Under the pieces are notes generated by a model that ran no database searches, was not told the origin of the DNA, and was given only the letters and a program-made list of their open reading frames with translations. A stretch of DNA of 64,000 nt from a bacterium (lineage in GTDB: Bacteria > Verrucomicrobiota > Kiritimatiellia > CAIKKV01 > CAIYGI01). The stretch covers positions 127 to 64,126 of the forward strand of contig JANYBP010000005.1 in assembly GCA_025360745.1 (NCBI GenBank). Direction: 5' to 3'. The position numbers and the translations under genes were made by a program. Shown here piece after piece: positions 55,135-64,000 of this stretch. The first letter of the stretch is position 1; each line of letters opens with the position of its first letter.

Positions 55135-55956
55135 TCATCCCCCAGTTTTGACCCCGCGCACCAGTTCGCCGTAACATTCCGGGCGTCGGCGGGCAAGGAA
55201 ATCGAAATCAGGCGGCGCGACCAGGCGGTTCGCCGCATCGAGCGGCAACTCCGCCACCGCCAGCCCTTCCTGCATGTCGGTGTTGACCAGCACCCACCCG
55301 TCGGGATCGATCACTATGCCGCGCTCGAAGCGCGACGGCGGCAGCAGGCACGAGCGGTCGATGACCCCTGACCCGGCAAAATAGAGGTTGTTGTCGAGAC
55401 AGCGGGCCGCGTTGCGCATCGGCTTGGACGGGTCGCCATAGGATGGACAGAACAGGACCGATGCGCCTTGGAGCGCGAGGCAACGGGCGGACTCCGGGAA
55501 CTTGTTGTCGAAGCAGATCAGCATGCCGGCCCGAAACCAGGGCGTGTCGAAAACGGTGAAGGCATCGCCCGGCGACGTGTCGCGCTCCTCGCCCGGCGCC
55601 AGGTGTACTTTCCTGTAAAGGGCCACAAGTTCGCCGCGCGGCGAGATCGCGACCTGGGTGTTGAAAGTGCGCCGCCCGCGCGCCTCGACCAGCGGCGCGA
55701 CGAGCCAGAGCCGGCGCCGGCGGGCCAGCGCGCTGAAGCGCCGGAAGATCGGCCCGTCGAGCGGCTGGCGGTCGCCGGGCCGACAGGCCGACCGCTCGGG
55801 CAGCAGCACCACATCGCAGCCGCAACCAGGCAGCGCCCGGTCGCAAAGCGCGAATAGCCGGTCGTAGAAGACACCATTACGCTTGTCCGCCGCGGTGATG
55901 ATCATCGTCGTCACCCCGATCCGCACGAACGGGCTTGTTTCTTTTTTGCGTTGCAT
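55135..55956 (-). CDS. Carbon-nitrogen hydrolase (nitrilase superfamily)
   Basis: Catalytic triad motifs LLPE, YRKVHL, LICFD..FPE. C-terminal RRPECY. Confidence 0.88.
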   Translation of the reverse strand: MQRKKETSPFVRIGVTTMIITAADKRNGVFYDRLFALCDRALPGCGCDVVLLPERSACRPGDRQPLDGPIFRRFSALARRRRLWLVAPLVEARGRRTFNTQVAISPRGELVALYRKVHLAPGEERDTSPGDAFTVFDTPWFRAGMLICFDNKFPESARCLALQGASVLFCPSYGDPSKPMRNAARCLDNNLYFAGSGVIDRSCLLPPSRFERGIVIDPDGWVLVNTDMQEGLAVAELPLDAANRLVAPPDFDFLARRRPECYGELVRGVKTGG

Positions 55957-55980
55957 GGTCTCACCGGCCTGTCGCGAACC

Positions 55981-57264
55981 CTACCACCCGAAACTGCTGA
56001 AGGTCAGCGGTTCGCTGCCGCCCTCGAGACGCAGGTAGAAATTGACGCTGTAACCGACCGAGCGATGATGGATCGTGGTGCGGGCCACGTCGTGGCTGGA
56101 TTGTCCATAGAGTCCGCCCAGCAGGCGCAGGTCGGTGCTTTCCTTGACCTGCAGGGACATGCCGAACTCCGCGGTTTTGCGCAGGCAGCGTTCGACCTCG
56201 GTGACGGAGACCGGCAGTTTCTCGGTCTCGACCAATTTGAGAAATTCGAGGTTATTGATCCCGGAGACGAAAGTGCCGCCGAAGCTGGGGTACGAACCGT
56301 CATCGTCCATCAGCCGGTTCTGTTCGGAAATGCGCTGGACCAGCAGGTCGAGCAGGCGTTGCTCGCGTTTCAGCCGATAAGCGCAGATCAGCGCCACCAG
56401 CGCGAAGTCGTCGTTGCCGTGGCTGATCGGCGCCTGCCCGTGGAAACCGTCAACCACGGGCTTGCCCAGATTTTCCTCGTAGATCCGCGCCAGACCGCGG
56501 ATCAGCGGGTCCAGGCCCTTCTCGATATACCGCGCATCGCCTGTCAGTTTATACAACTGATAGAAGAAGATCGCCGAACCCGCCTGCCAGTCGCCCTTGA
56601 CGAACTCGGCGCCGCTCTCCTCGCCGACCACGTGCATGCCGCGGTTGTGGCCGTGTTGTTCGATCAAGTCGAAGGTTATGAAGGGCCAGCCGTTCCCGTC
56701 CGTGCCATGCTCGATCCACCAGTCGGCGAACAGTTTGGCGCGATCGAGCCACTCCTGATCCTGCGTCTCCTTGAAGAGCCGGCAGAGTCCGAAGGCGCCG
56801 GTCACGGCGTCCCTGGGGTAACTTTCGAGCGTCTGCGGGGTGTGCTCGCGGAAACCGCCGATGCTTTTCGGATAGCGAAAATCCATGATCTGCAGCGTCT
56901 TCAAATAGTTCGCGGCCAGCTGGACCGCCCGCAGCAATGGCCCAGCGTCTTTGGCATTCCGGCGCGCCAGATCGTAAAGGTCCATGATCGCGATGGCCTG
57001 GCCCCAGACGCCCATGCCGCGCGCCATGTCGGTGTGCAGGACATATTCGTAAACGAAGCGCCCCTTGTCGGCGCTGTCTTTGATGCCGCCCCAGGGCCGC
57101 TCGTCGCTGTTCTGATTGTTGCGGTACCAGTGTCCGGCCAACTCGGCGTGGTGGAGAAACTGCAGCTTCTGCTTGGTTGTGAATGTGAGGCTCATCTTCG
57201 TGCTCCCGGTTTGCTGTGGCGCGCCCTGACGCGGCTGTGGCTTAGAATACTGTTTAAGTTCCAT
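55981..57264 (-). CDS. Hypothetical protein, probable (alpha/alpha)6 toroid, glycosidase/epimerase-like
   Basis: Helical hairpin motifs LFKETQDQEWLDRAK, LYKLTGDARYI. Alternative start at 57195 (MSLTF). Confidence 0.62.
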   Translation of the reverse strand: MELKQYSKPQPRQGAPQQTGSTKMSLTFTTKQKLQFLHHAELAGHWYRNNQNSDERPWGGIKDSADKGRFVYEYVLHTDMARGMGVWGQAIAIMDLYDLARRNAKDAGPLLRAVQLAANYLKTLQIMDFRYPKSIGGFREHTPQTLESYPRDAVTGAFGLCRLFKETQDQEWLDRAKLFADWWIEHGTDGNGWPFITFDLIEQHGHNRGMHVVGEESGAEFVKGDWQAGSAIFFYQLYKLTGDARYIEKGLDPLIRGLARIYEENLGKPVVDGFHGQAPISHGNDDFALVALICAYRLKREQRLLDLLVQRISEQNRLMDDDGSYPSFGGTFVSGINNLEFLKLVETEKLPVSVTEVERCLRKTAEFGMSLQVKESTDLRLLGGLYGQSSHDVARTTIHHRSVGYSVNFYLRLEGGSEPLTFSSFGW

Positions 57265-58435
57265 ACTTGAGCGCCGACTCGATGTAGCGAATGGCGTTGG
57301 CGGTGAAACGCGGCGTATGACGCTGGTGCGGCGTGGCCGACGGGAAAAGCACCATGTGCCGCTTGCCGCCCTCCTCGATGGCCCGGCGCACCGCGGTCTC
57401 CACTTCGTCCGGCGATCCCAGGTCGAGCAGGCAGAATTCGATGTTGCCGAAAAGCGTCATGCGCCCGGCCACCCGGCGCTTGGCCTCGGCGAATTCGATG
57501 TCGCCCTGCGGGGGCGGCTCAACCGGGTCGATGGAGTCCACGCCCAGCGCGAGCCACGAATCGAGCATTGTGCCCACCCGCCCATGGCAGTGGACATGGA
57601 TTTTGGCTTCAGGGTCGCGCGCCTTGATGCGGCGCATGATCTCGCCGTCGTAGGGCACGACATACTGATCCCAGTGCCGCGGGCTCATCATCGGCGGAGC
57701 GGCGCGCTCGACGCCGTTGAAATGCCAGAACGGACCGACGCCCTGCGAGAGTTCGAAGTCGACCCTGGCCCAGGTGCGCTCCAGCCAGCTGTCGGCCAGC
57801 AGTTCGATCCGTTCCGGCTCGGTGATCAGCCATTCCAGCATCTGCTCGTATTCCATCACGCCCACCAGCATGGCGACCATCGAATTCACATGCCCGCCGC
57901 AGATGGCGTCGCGGCCCATTTCGCGCCTATAGTTGCGGAAGGCCTCGTATTCCGGAGGCGTGGTCTTCTTGAGCGCGAATGGCACGCTCAGCATTTTCTC
58001 CACATCCTCCGGTTTTTCGATCGGCCGGCGCACATCCCAGGCGGTTTCGATGCCCTCGTCCTCTTCGTAGATCCAGGTCAGGTCGCCTTTGGGCGTGGGC
58101 AGAACGAAAGTGTGGCGGCTGCGGATCTCGCCAACCTTTTCCACCGGTTTCACGATCACCAGGTCGTCCGGCGCCTCCAGGAAACGCTGGTATCCGTACT
58201 TCGAGCGGATCTTGGGGTAGGGGACGGGATTCCAGACCACGAAAGGAGCGCAGTGTTCCTGAACCAGGCGCGCCACCCGGACGAAGTCGTGGTCGGCGCG
58301 CCAGCCGCCTGGTTTCGCGCGGTCGATATCCTGCGACGGATTCCATTTGATGGGCGAGCAAAAAGGCACATGATCGGACCGCTCGCCGCGATAGGCGGCC
58401 ATGATCGATCGGCAGGCGGTTTTGGGATTGAACAT
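57254..58435 (-). CDS. Uroporphyrinogen decarboxylase/MtbA-like family protein
   Basis: PTPKGDL, MMSPRHW..V.PY, HVHCHG, DSIDPVEPPPQGD, TLFGNIE. Confidence 0.82.
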   Translation of the reverse strand: MFNPKTACRSIMAAYRGERSDHVPFCSPIKWNPSQDIDRAKPGGWRADHDFVRVARLVQEHCAPFVVWNPVPYPKIRSKYGYQRFLEAPDDLVIVKPVEKVGEIRSRHTFVLPTPKGDLTWIYEEDEGIETAWDVRRPIEKPEDVEKMLSVPFALKKTTPPEYEAFRNYRREMGRDAICGGHVNSMVAMLVGVMEYEQMLEWLITEPERIELLADSWLERTWARVDFELSQGVGPFWHFNGVERAAPPMMSPRHWDQYVVPYDGEIMRRIKARDPEAKIHVHCHGRVGTMLDSWLALGVDSIDPVEPPPQGDIEFAEAKRRVAGRMTLFGNIEFCLLDLGSPDEVETAVRRAIEEGGKRHMVLFPSATPHQRHTPRFTANAIRYIESALKYGT

Positions 58436-58437
58436 AA

Positions 58438-60759
58438 TTATTTTACGGCGGTATCGACTTCAAGAACCCCACCACCGGGAGCCAGCTCGCACTTGACCGA
58501 ATAACCGTCGTCCACGCTTCTATCCCTCACGATTCTCACGGCCAGTCCGTTGAACTTCGACTCGCCCGTTGCGACGGCCTTGATGCCGCGCGTTACGTCG
58601 ATGGAAACCGCCAGCGGAGGATCGTAGACCGGTTTGTCGGCCGGCTGTTTCGGAACGACCGCCGTCCCGGCCAATTCGGCCAGCGCCTTGACGTCGGCGG
58701 CTTTGCCCTTCTCAACCGGGCTGCTCAGGAAAACGACGCCCAGTTTTCCCGGGGCCTTGTTGTGTCCTAACTTCACGGGCAACACCAGCCGCGCGCCCTT
58801 GATGCCCTTGGCTGGGAGATCCTTGAGATCGCCGGTAAAATACTGTGCGCTGGCGATGCCCGTATTTTCGCTGTCTTGCGCATTCGGCCAGCGGAGCGTA
58901 CCGGTCTCGCCGACTTCACCCTTCACATTCGCATATTGGACGGAGGTCAAAGGAATCCTGGTCGTCTTGACTTCCACCGGTTTGACCGCCTCGGGCTTTT
59001 CCGTGCCAATCAGGAAAGGATTGGGCAGCACGGCCAGTTCGTCGCCGGCGCCGGCTTTGGCTTCCACGGCCCCCGGCGGCAGCGGCTGCGGCGCGGAACC
59101 CGGCGCCAGCGCCTCGCGTCGCACGAACAGCATGCGCGGGTAGACGGGGTACTGTCCCTTTGGGGTGGGGCAGTCGATATCGAAGGTTGCCGGCAGCTCT
59201 TTTGACGTAAAGGTTTTCTGCACGCAGGTGATGTCATCCGACCACTTGGCGCCGGTTTGTCTGGCGATCTCCTTGCCCTGGTCGCAAAGTTTGTCGAACG
59301 ACCTTGTCCGTGAACCCAGGCGGTAGGCGTAGGTCACAACCAGCTTGTTCGCTCCCAGCGCCTTCGGATCGTCGACCGCGACGGTCACCCGGTTCTTGCC
59401 GGGGGAGAGGTACGGCAGGGCGCCGGGATTGTTCTGGACCACCGCCCGCACCTTCAAACTCGTGAGCGGCTCCTTGATGCCGATCCTGACCAGCGCGGCC
59501 AGCTTGCCCTTGACCGCCTCCGAGAAATTCGTGATCGCGGCCGGCTTATAGGTCTTGCCGCCGTCCACCGAAACCTCGACCGTGTCGGCGCCGGCAGCTT
59601 CGCCGGACGCCATGGTCAGTATGTAAGGCGATTTCAGGCTGAAGACCACGCTGGCCGGTTTGCCGGACTCGGCGGGCGTCAGCGCCTTGTTCGCGAACTT
59701 GACGTTTTCCACGCTGACGAACGAATTCAGGCAGTCGGCGCCATTCGCGAAATCGGGGGCAAAAGTCAGGCTGCCGTTGGCATAACTGCGCGCCGGCTTG
59801 CTGTTGATGTACGGTTCGAGCACGTGACCATAGCCCGGGCTGTTGATGGTGTCCTTGTGGCGCGGGCAGCTGTGCGTCGGAGCTTTGCTTCTCCCCGCCC
59901 AATACCAGGCATCCGGCTGCGGATCCCAGCTGTTTTCCAGACTGAAGCCGGGGGCCAGGTTGACGTCCGTGGAGTAATTGCCGGTGGCGTGGTTGATACC
60001 CGCCCAGCCCTCCGCACGGACGTGGCCCTTGTGGTTCGCCAGTCCGCGCACCACGCCGTCGATGGTGTCGCCGCAGACCAGGAAAGCCGGCGCCTTCCAG
60101 TTGGCTTGCTCGCCGTTCATGACGAAAGCGTTGTCGTTCGCATAGACCACGCCACGCCCCTTGTCCAGCGTGAAGGCCTTGACGATCAGTTCCTGGGGAT
60201 CCTTGTTCAGGTCGTCCTCGCCGGCGATGGTGCGTCCGCCCTTGCCGTCAGGCATCCAGGCGTAGAATTTGAGGAATATATCGACATAATGCCAGCGTCC
60301 GTCGTATTGCGCTTCCACCGTTGTGTGGCCCGGATTGCTCCAGCCCACAAAACGCCACTCCCAGCCCAGTTCGCGCCAGATCGCGGACTGCTCGGAATGC
60401 AGGCCGCCGCAAAGACTCCAGCCGTAGCAGTTGATCTCCTTGAGCACCGGCACGCCGCCCGCTTCATTCGGATAGGAATGGTGGTAGTGCGAAATCTGCA
60501 TGAAGTTGTAGACCGCGATGGCCTTCTCGTCGTTGTTCTTGCAGCCGCGGGTGACCGATTCGGCGATGGCTTTGAGCGATGAGCAGTCCGCAGCCAGATC
60601 CGGTTGCACCTTGATGCCTTTGACCTCGCCAGGCGCTGCCGGCGACGCGATCTCCACCGCCGCCTTCACGGGTCCCGCCGCCTGCGCCTGTGTCCCGGCT
60701 ACGCCCAGCAGTGTTGCCATGGCCAGAGTTCCGCCCAACGCCAGAGTTCTTCGAGTCAT
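58438..60759 (-). CDS. Secreted protein with transglutaminase-like Cys-His-Asp domain
   Basis: Signal peptide (..QAQA). YGWSLCGG..GHTTVEAQYDGRWHYVD. SD AAGGAG before ATG at 60759. Confidence 0.68.
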   Translation of the reverse strand: MTRRTLALGGTLAMATLLGVAGTQAQAAGPVKAAVEIASPAAPGEVKGIKVQPDLAADCSSLKAIAESVTRGCKNNDEKAIAVYNFMQISHYHHSYPNEAGGVPVLKEINCYGWSLCGGLHSEQSAIWRELGWEWRFVGWSNPGHTTVEAQYDGRWHYVDIFLKFYAWMPDGKGGRTIAGEDDLNKDPQELIVKAFTLDKGRGVVYANDNAFVMNGEQANWKAPAFLVCGDTIDGVVRGLANHKGHVRAEGWAGINHATGNYSTDVNLAPGFSLENSWDPQPDAWYWAGRSKAPTHSCPRHKDTINSPGYGHVLEPYINSKPARSYANGSLTFAPDFANGADCLNSFVSVENVKFANKALTPAESGKPASVVFSLKSPYILTMASGEAAGADTVEVSVDGGKTYKPAAITNFSEAVKGKLAALVRIGIKEPLTSLKVRAVVQNNPGALPYLSPGKNRVTVAVDDPKALGANKLVVTYAYRLGSRTRSFDKLCDQGKEIARQTGAKWSDDITCVQKTFTSKELPATFDIDCPTPKGQYPVYPRMLFVRREALAPGSAPQPLPPGAVEAKAGAGDELAVLPNPFLIGTEKPEAVKPVEVKTTRIPLTSVQYANVKGEVGETGTLRWPNAQDSENTGIASAQYFTGDLKDLPAKGIKGARLVLPVKLGHNKAPGKLGVVFLSSPVEKGKAADVKALAELAGTAVVPKQPADKPVYDPPLAVSIDVTRGIKAVATGESKFNGLAVRIVRDRSVDDGYSVKCELAPGGGVLEVDTAVK

Positions 60760-60844
60760 CTTTTGCTTGCTCCTTTTGTGCGTCCCTGGCGTCCTGGCCA
60801 AGCACGCCGCCTCAGTCGATCTGAGATATGGAAAACAAAAATTC

Positions 60845-60873
60845 AGATTAACATTCGCTTATCCGGCGAACAA
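60845..60873 (-). promoter_or_regulatory. Putative internal promoter (TTGTTC-17-TAATCT, extended -10 TG)
   Basis: - strand ttgttc gccggataagcgaatgt taatct in an AT-rich intergenic gap. Confidence 0.45.
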
Positions 60874-60891
60874 TATAAATCGCTTCAGACT

Positions 60892-63378
60892 TCAAACTTC
60901 GGGCGCCACGTAGCGCATGCCGCCCAGCCGTTTCCAATGGCGATAGATGCCCAGCAGGGCCATCAGCCCGAGCACGCCCGCGATACCCTGGAACAGGAAA
61001 CCGTAGCGGTAGTTGTCGGTGTCGAACGAGTTGGCGGTCAGCCAATCCATCAAGAGCGCCCCCAGCAGGCCGGCCGCCGCCGCCACCGCCTGCCGTATCA
61101 GCGCATTGGCGGAACACATCTGGCCGTACTTGGAGCGCGGAAAGAGCATCACCGTCATCGGCATCCAGGCCGCCCCGAGCAGCGAGGTCAGCGGCATCCG
61201 GACCATGTTCACCCAGAAGCCCGACATGTAGTCATGCACCAGCCAGAACGGCAGGAAGGCGAACGGAAGGCCGGCGATCGTCATCCACAAGGTGATCCGG
61301 ACGGGATGCAGCCGGTCCACCAGCACGCCCAGCGGGTAGGCGAGCAGGATGGAAATCGCCATGAAAAAAGCCAGGCTCATGCCGTTCTTGCGCAGGCTCA
61401 CCCCTTCGTCGAGATCCCAGAAATGGATCGTGCCGTCGCCGCAAGCCGTCAGCATGCGCTTCCCGGACGCCGGCGGGGCGATGGCCGTGACCTCGTGGGT
61501 GTAGCCGGAGAAGGTCTTGAGGGACTGGTCGCCGGCCAGGACGGAGGCATCGAGCGGCATCCATAAGCGGATGCTGCTGTCATAACTGCCCGAGAGGATG
61601 GCGCGGATGTCGGCTTTATAGGCCACGCTCGAGATACTCGCCTTGTGTCCCGTGAGTTCCTGCAGCAGTTTGCCGGTGCGCAGAGCCCAGATCCGGACCG
61701 CTGAATTTGCCGTGTTTGTGTTCCCGTCCTGGCCGCCCGCGACGGCCCATCCGTCCTCCAGCGCGATCCGGCTTGCGGCATCCGCCGGCGTGTCGTAAAG
61801 GGACTCGTTCGTGAATAGATATTTCATTTGCTCCGCGACCAGCCGGAAGGTCCTGGCCCACCAGTCTCGCGGCGTCGCGTCCGGCCCGGCCCTTTTTTCC
61901 AGTGCCGGCGCGAAGCAAACCGCCTGAACCGGCCCGGGACTGTCATCCAAGGTCTGCAGCCGCACGCCCCGTGCGGCGTCCCAGATCACGACCCTGCGGT
62001 CGGAACCGCCCGAGATTAGGCGCTCGCCGTTCGCCGACCAGGCCACCGCGTTCACGGGCCCGGCATGGCCTTCAAGCACAAGCTGGCAGGCGCCGGAGGG
62101 AATGTCCCAGACGCGCACACTCCGGTCGGCGCCGGCCGAGGCCAGACGCTTTCCATCGCCCCGGAAGGCAACCCCGCAGACGGCCCCGGTGTGCCCGGTT
62201 GCGGTTTGGAGCAGCCGTCCGCTCTGCGCATCCCATATGGAAATGCGCCCGTCCGCGCGTCCGGCGGCCACGGTCAGCCCGTCGCCCGCGACGGCAACGC
62301 AAAGAACCGCGCCGCCTTCGCCGCGCAGGGTTTTCACGAGCAGCGCTGCGCCCTTGTCCGGGCAGCGCCACAGTTTTACGAGGCCGTCCCGCCCTCCCGA
62401 GACCCAGCGCGAACCGTCCGGCGTGGCCGCCGCGGCCGCGGCTCCTCCGGGATGGGCCGGCACGCTGGATTGATGCTGGCTGATGTGAAGGTTGAAGATG
62501 CCGGCCGGGATCGTCCCGATCGTCAACACGCTGGCCGCCGACATCAGGTAAAAAAGGACGTAGATGGGGTGGGTGAAGCACTCGCGAAAGAAAATGCCGA
62601 CCTGCTCCCGCACCGTCGTCTGTTTCGTCACGTCCGTGACCGGCGGATACTCGCCCTCCTTGACGCGCCAGCACATCAGTCCGAAGCCCACAAAGTACAG
62701 CGCCGCGAGCCCAACGTGAATGGCCTTCAGGTGGGTCAACTGATACGGCACGATCAGCGCGTTGGTCAGCAGTCCCGCGCCAAACCCGACCAGGCGGAAC
62801 AAGCCCATGAAACGCCCGAGAAAACGCTCCGGCACCACATCCGCGAAGAGATACCAGTAAACCGTGCCGACAAACTCGTTGAAAAACGAAAAGCCGACCG
62901 TTAGCGCCCCGATGGCGATCAAGGCCGCCGTGAAGGGCTGGACCAGGGAATTTTCCGACAGGTGCAGTTTGAAAAAGGTCACGATCTCGTCGGAAAAACC
63001 CACCCCCGCCGCGAAAAGACAGAGGAACGGCGCGGTCACCACCATGTAGGGAATGCGCCGTCCCCAGCGCGTGCGCGTGCGGTCCGACTTGAACCCGATG
63101 ATGGGCGTCATGACCATCCCGATCAGTTGCGGGATCAAATTGAAGAGGATGTTGACTTGCAGGTTGCTGACATGGAAATTGTCCTGCAAGTAGAGCCCGA
63201 GAATGCCAGGACCGCCTGCCGATTCGAAAAGCTGGAAGCAGAGATTGCCCCAGAGCAGCCAGCTGAACATCGCGAAAAGGGCGGCCTTGGTGTAGACCAG
63301 CGTGCCGATGCGATACGGCGGACCATCATGTGCCGCGCCACCGTCCGCGGCCGGAGCCCCTGCGGTTGTGCGTTTCAT
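60892..63378 (-). CDS. MFS transporter with an inserted 7-repeat WD40 domain
   Basis: MFS motif GFKSDRTRTRWGRRIP and GVLVDRL. 7+5 hydrophobic segments separated by GH..WD repeats (~61410-62470). Confidence 0.88.
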   Translation of the reverse strand: MKRTTAGAPAADGGAAHDGPPYRIGTLVYTKAALFAMFSWLLWGNLCFQLFESAGGPGILGLYLQDNFHVSNLQVNILFNLIPQLIGMVMTPIIGFKSDRTRTRWGRRIPYMVVTAPFLCLFAAGVGFSDEIVTFFKLHLSENSLVQPFTAALIAIGALTVGFSFFNEFVGTVYWYLFADVVPERFLGRFMGLFRLVGFGAGLLTNALIVPYQLTHLKAIHVGLAALYFVGFGLMCWRVKEGEYPPVTDVTKQTTVREQVGIFFRECFTHPIYVLFYLMSAASVLTIGTIPAGIFNLHISQHQSSVPAHPGGAAAAAATPDGSRWVSGGRDGLVKLWRCPDKGAALLVKTLRGEGGAVLCVAVAGDGLTVAAGRADGRISIWDAQSGRLLQTATGHTGAVCGVAFRGDGKRLASAGADRSVRVWDIPSGACQLVLEGHAGPVNAVAWSANGERLISGGSDRRVVIWDAARGVRLQTLDDSPGPVQAVCFAPALEKRAGPDATPRDWWARTFRLVAEQMKYLFTNESLYDTPADAASRIALEDGWAVAGGQDGNTNTANSAVRIWALRTGKLLQELTGHKASISSVAYKADIRAILSGSYDSSIRLWMPLDASVLAGDQSLKTFSGYTHEVTAIAPPASGKRMLTACGDGTIHFWDLDEGVSLRKNGMSLAFFMAISILLAYPLGVLVDRLHPVRITLWMTIAGLPFAFLPFWLVHDYMSGFWVNMVRMPLTSLLGAAWMPMTVMLFPRSKYGQMCSANALIRQAVAAAAGLLGALLMDWLTANSFDTDNYRYGFLFQGIAGVLGLMALLGIYRHWKRLGGMRYVAPEV

Positions 63379-63438
63379 ATCGCGCAAGCCTTCCGCCGGC
63401 ACGCCGACCCGGCATCGCTCATGGACGGCGTTATTCCG

Positions 63439-63999
63439 TTACTTCACCGGGTTGGCATACGGTTCGTTGATGCGCCAGAGCGACTTGGCCAGCGCCGGGA
63501 TTGTGCGGAAGTCCGAGACCAGCGGGTCGAGCGTGAGCGCCTCCTGGAAGGCGGCGAAATCTCGTTCGGCCGCGGCCCGCTCGGAGAGCAGATTCAGGCA
63601 GACCAGCGGCGTGAGGATCCCGAGCAGGAACGGCGGGAGCGGCGCGTTGGCCACCGGCTGGCAGCCATTGGCGCTGAAATGACAGGTGAGTTCGAGGTTG
63701 GCCTCGGCCGGCAGGTTGGGAACCGAAGCGCCGTTCGTGAGGTTGAGATGCAACTCGCGCTGGATGCGGTCGCCGAAGCGGCCCTCCAGTCCGAAGATGA
63801 TGTCGTGCAGGTGTTCGCTCGACAACTTGTCCATGTCGGGAATCGGTTTTTTGCCGTAGGCCCAGCCGCTGATCGTGTCGCGGAACCACAGGCGCGTCTT
63901 ACGGCGCGCGGCGGCGCTGTGCAGCGCCGCGTCGAGGCCATAACGATTTTTCCCATCGCGAAAAGCCTGCGGAGTGAGAAACCAGTGGAAAAATTCGGT
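63439..63999 (-). CDS. Glycoside hydrolase family 4, C-terminal part (5'-truncated by window edge)
   Basis: TEFFHWF..SSE..LNLTNGASVPNLP.EA.LE..C..ALTLDPLV..N.PY is the typical GH4 C-terminal pattern. Confidence 0.78.
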   Translation of the reverse strand, partial: TEFFHWFLTPQAFRDGKNRYGLDAALHSAAARRKTRLWFRDTISGWAYGKKPIPDMDKLSSEHLHDIIFGLEGRFGDRIQRELHLNLTNGASVPNLPAEANLELTCHFSANGCQPVANAPLPPFLLGILTPLVCLNLLSERAAAERDFAAFQEALTLDPLVSDFRTIPALAKSLWRINEPYANPVK

Positions 64000-64000
64000 G

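Overview
High-GC bacterial chromosomal window. Gene content suggests a Gram-negative PVC-type organism such as Kiritimatiellae/Lentisphaerae/Verrucomicrobia (inference). Left to right: yggS, a heptose/Kdo/LPS-export and regulatory PTS run (rfaE1-kdsB-kdsA-lptC-lptA-lptB-hpf-hprK-ptsH-ptsI-metK), an inserted ABC-type ATPase + DUF4276 pair (candidate defence module), FHA protein, gmhB, an ABC-2 module, DUF362, ruvBAC-yebC, a PflX-like radical SAM gene with no canonical start, an orphan Phd antitoxin, a divergent EF-G paralogue, gyrA-gyrB-tsaD, a ~16.5 kb nine-gene MoxR/DUF58/BatA-VWA envelope cluster, aroE-leuA-ilvN-ilvB under a leaderless leader-peptide attenuator, and a sugar-catabolic locus (AGE epimerase, CN hydrolase, URO-D family, transglutaminase-like secreted protein, MFS-WD40 fusion, GH4). 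The most striking unexplained signals are (i) related heptamer tandem arrays that follow stop codons and bracket accessory cargo in inverted orientation and (ii) an MFS transporter with a seven-repeat WD40 propeller inserted between TM7 and TM8. I saw no rRNA, tRNA, CRISPR array or transposase. All family assignments come from motif recognition by eye, not from database searches.
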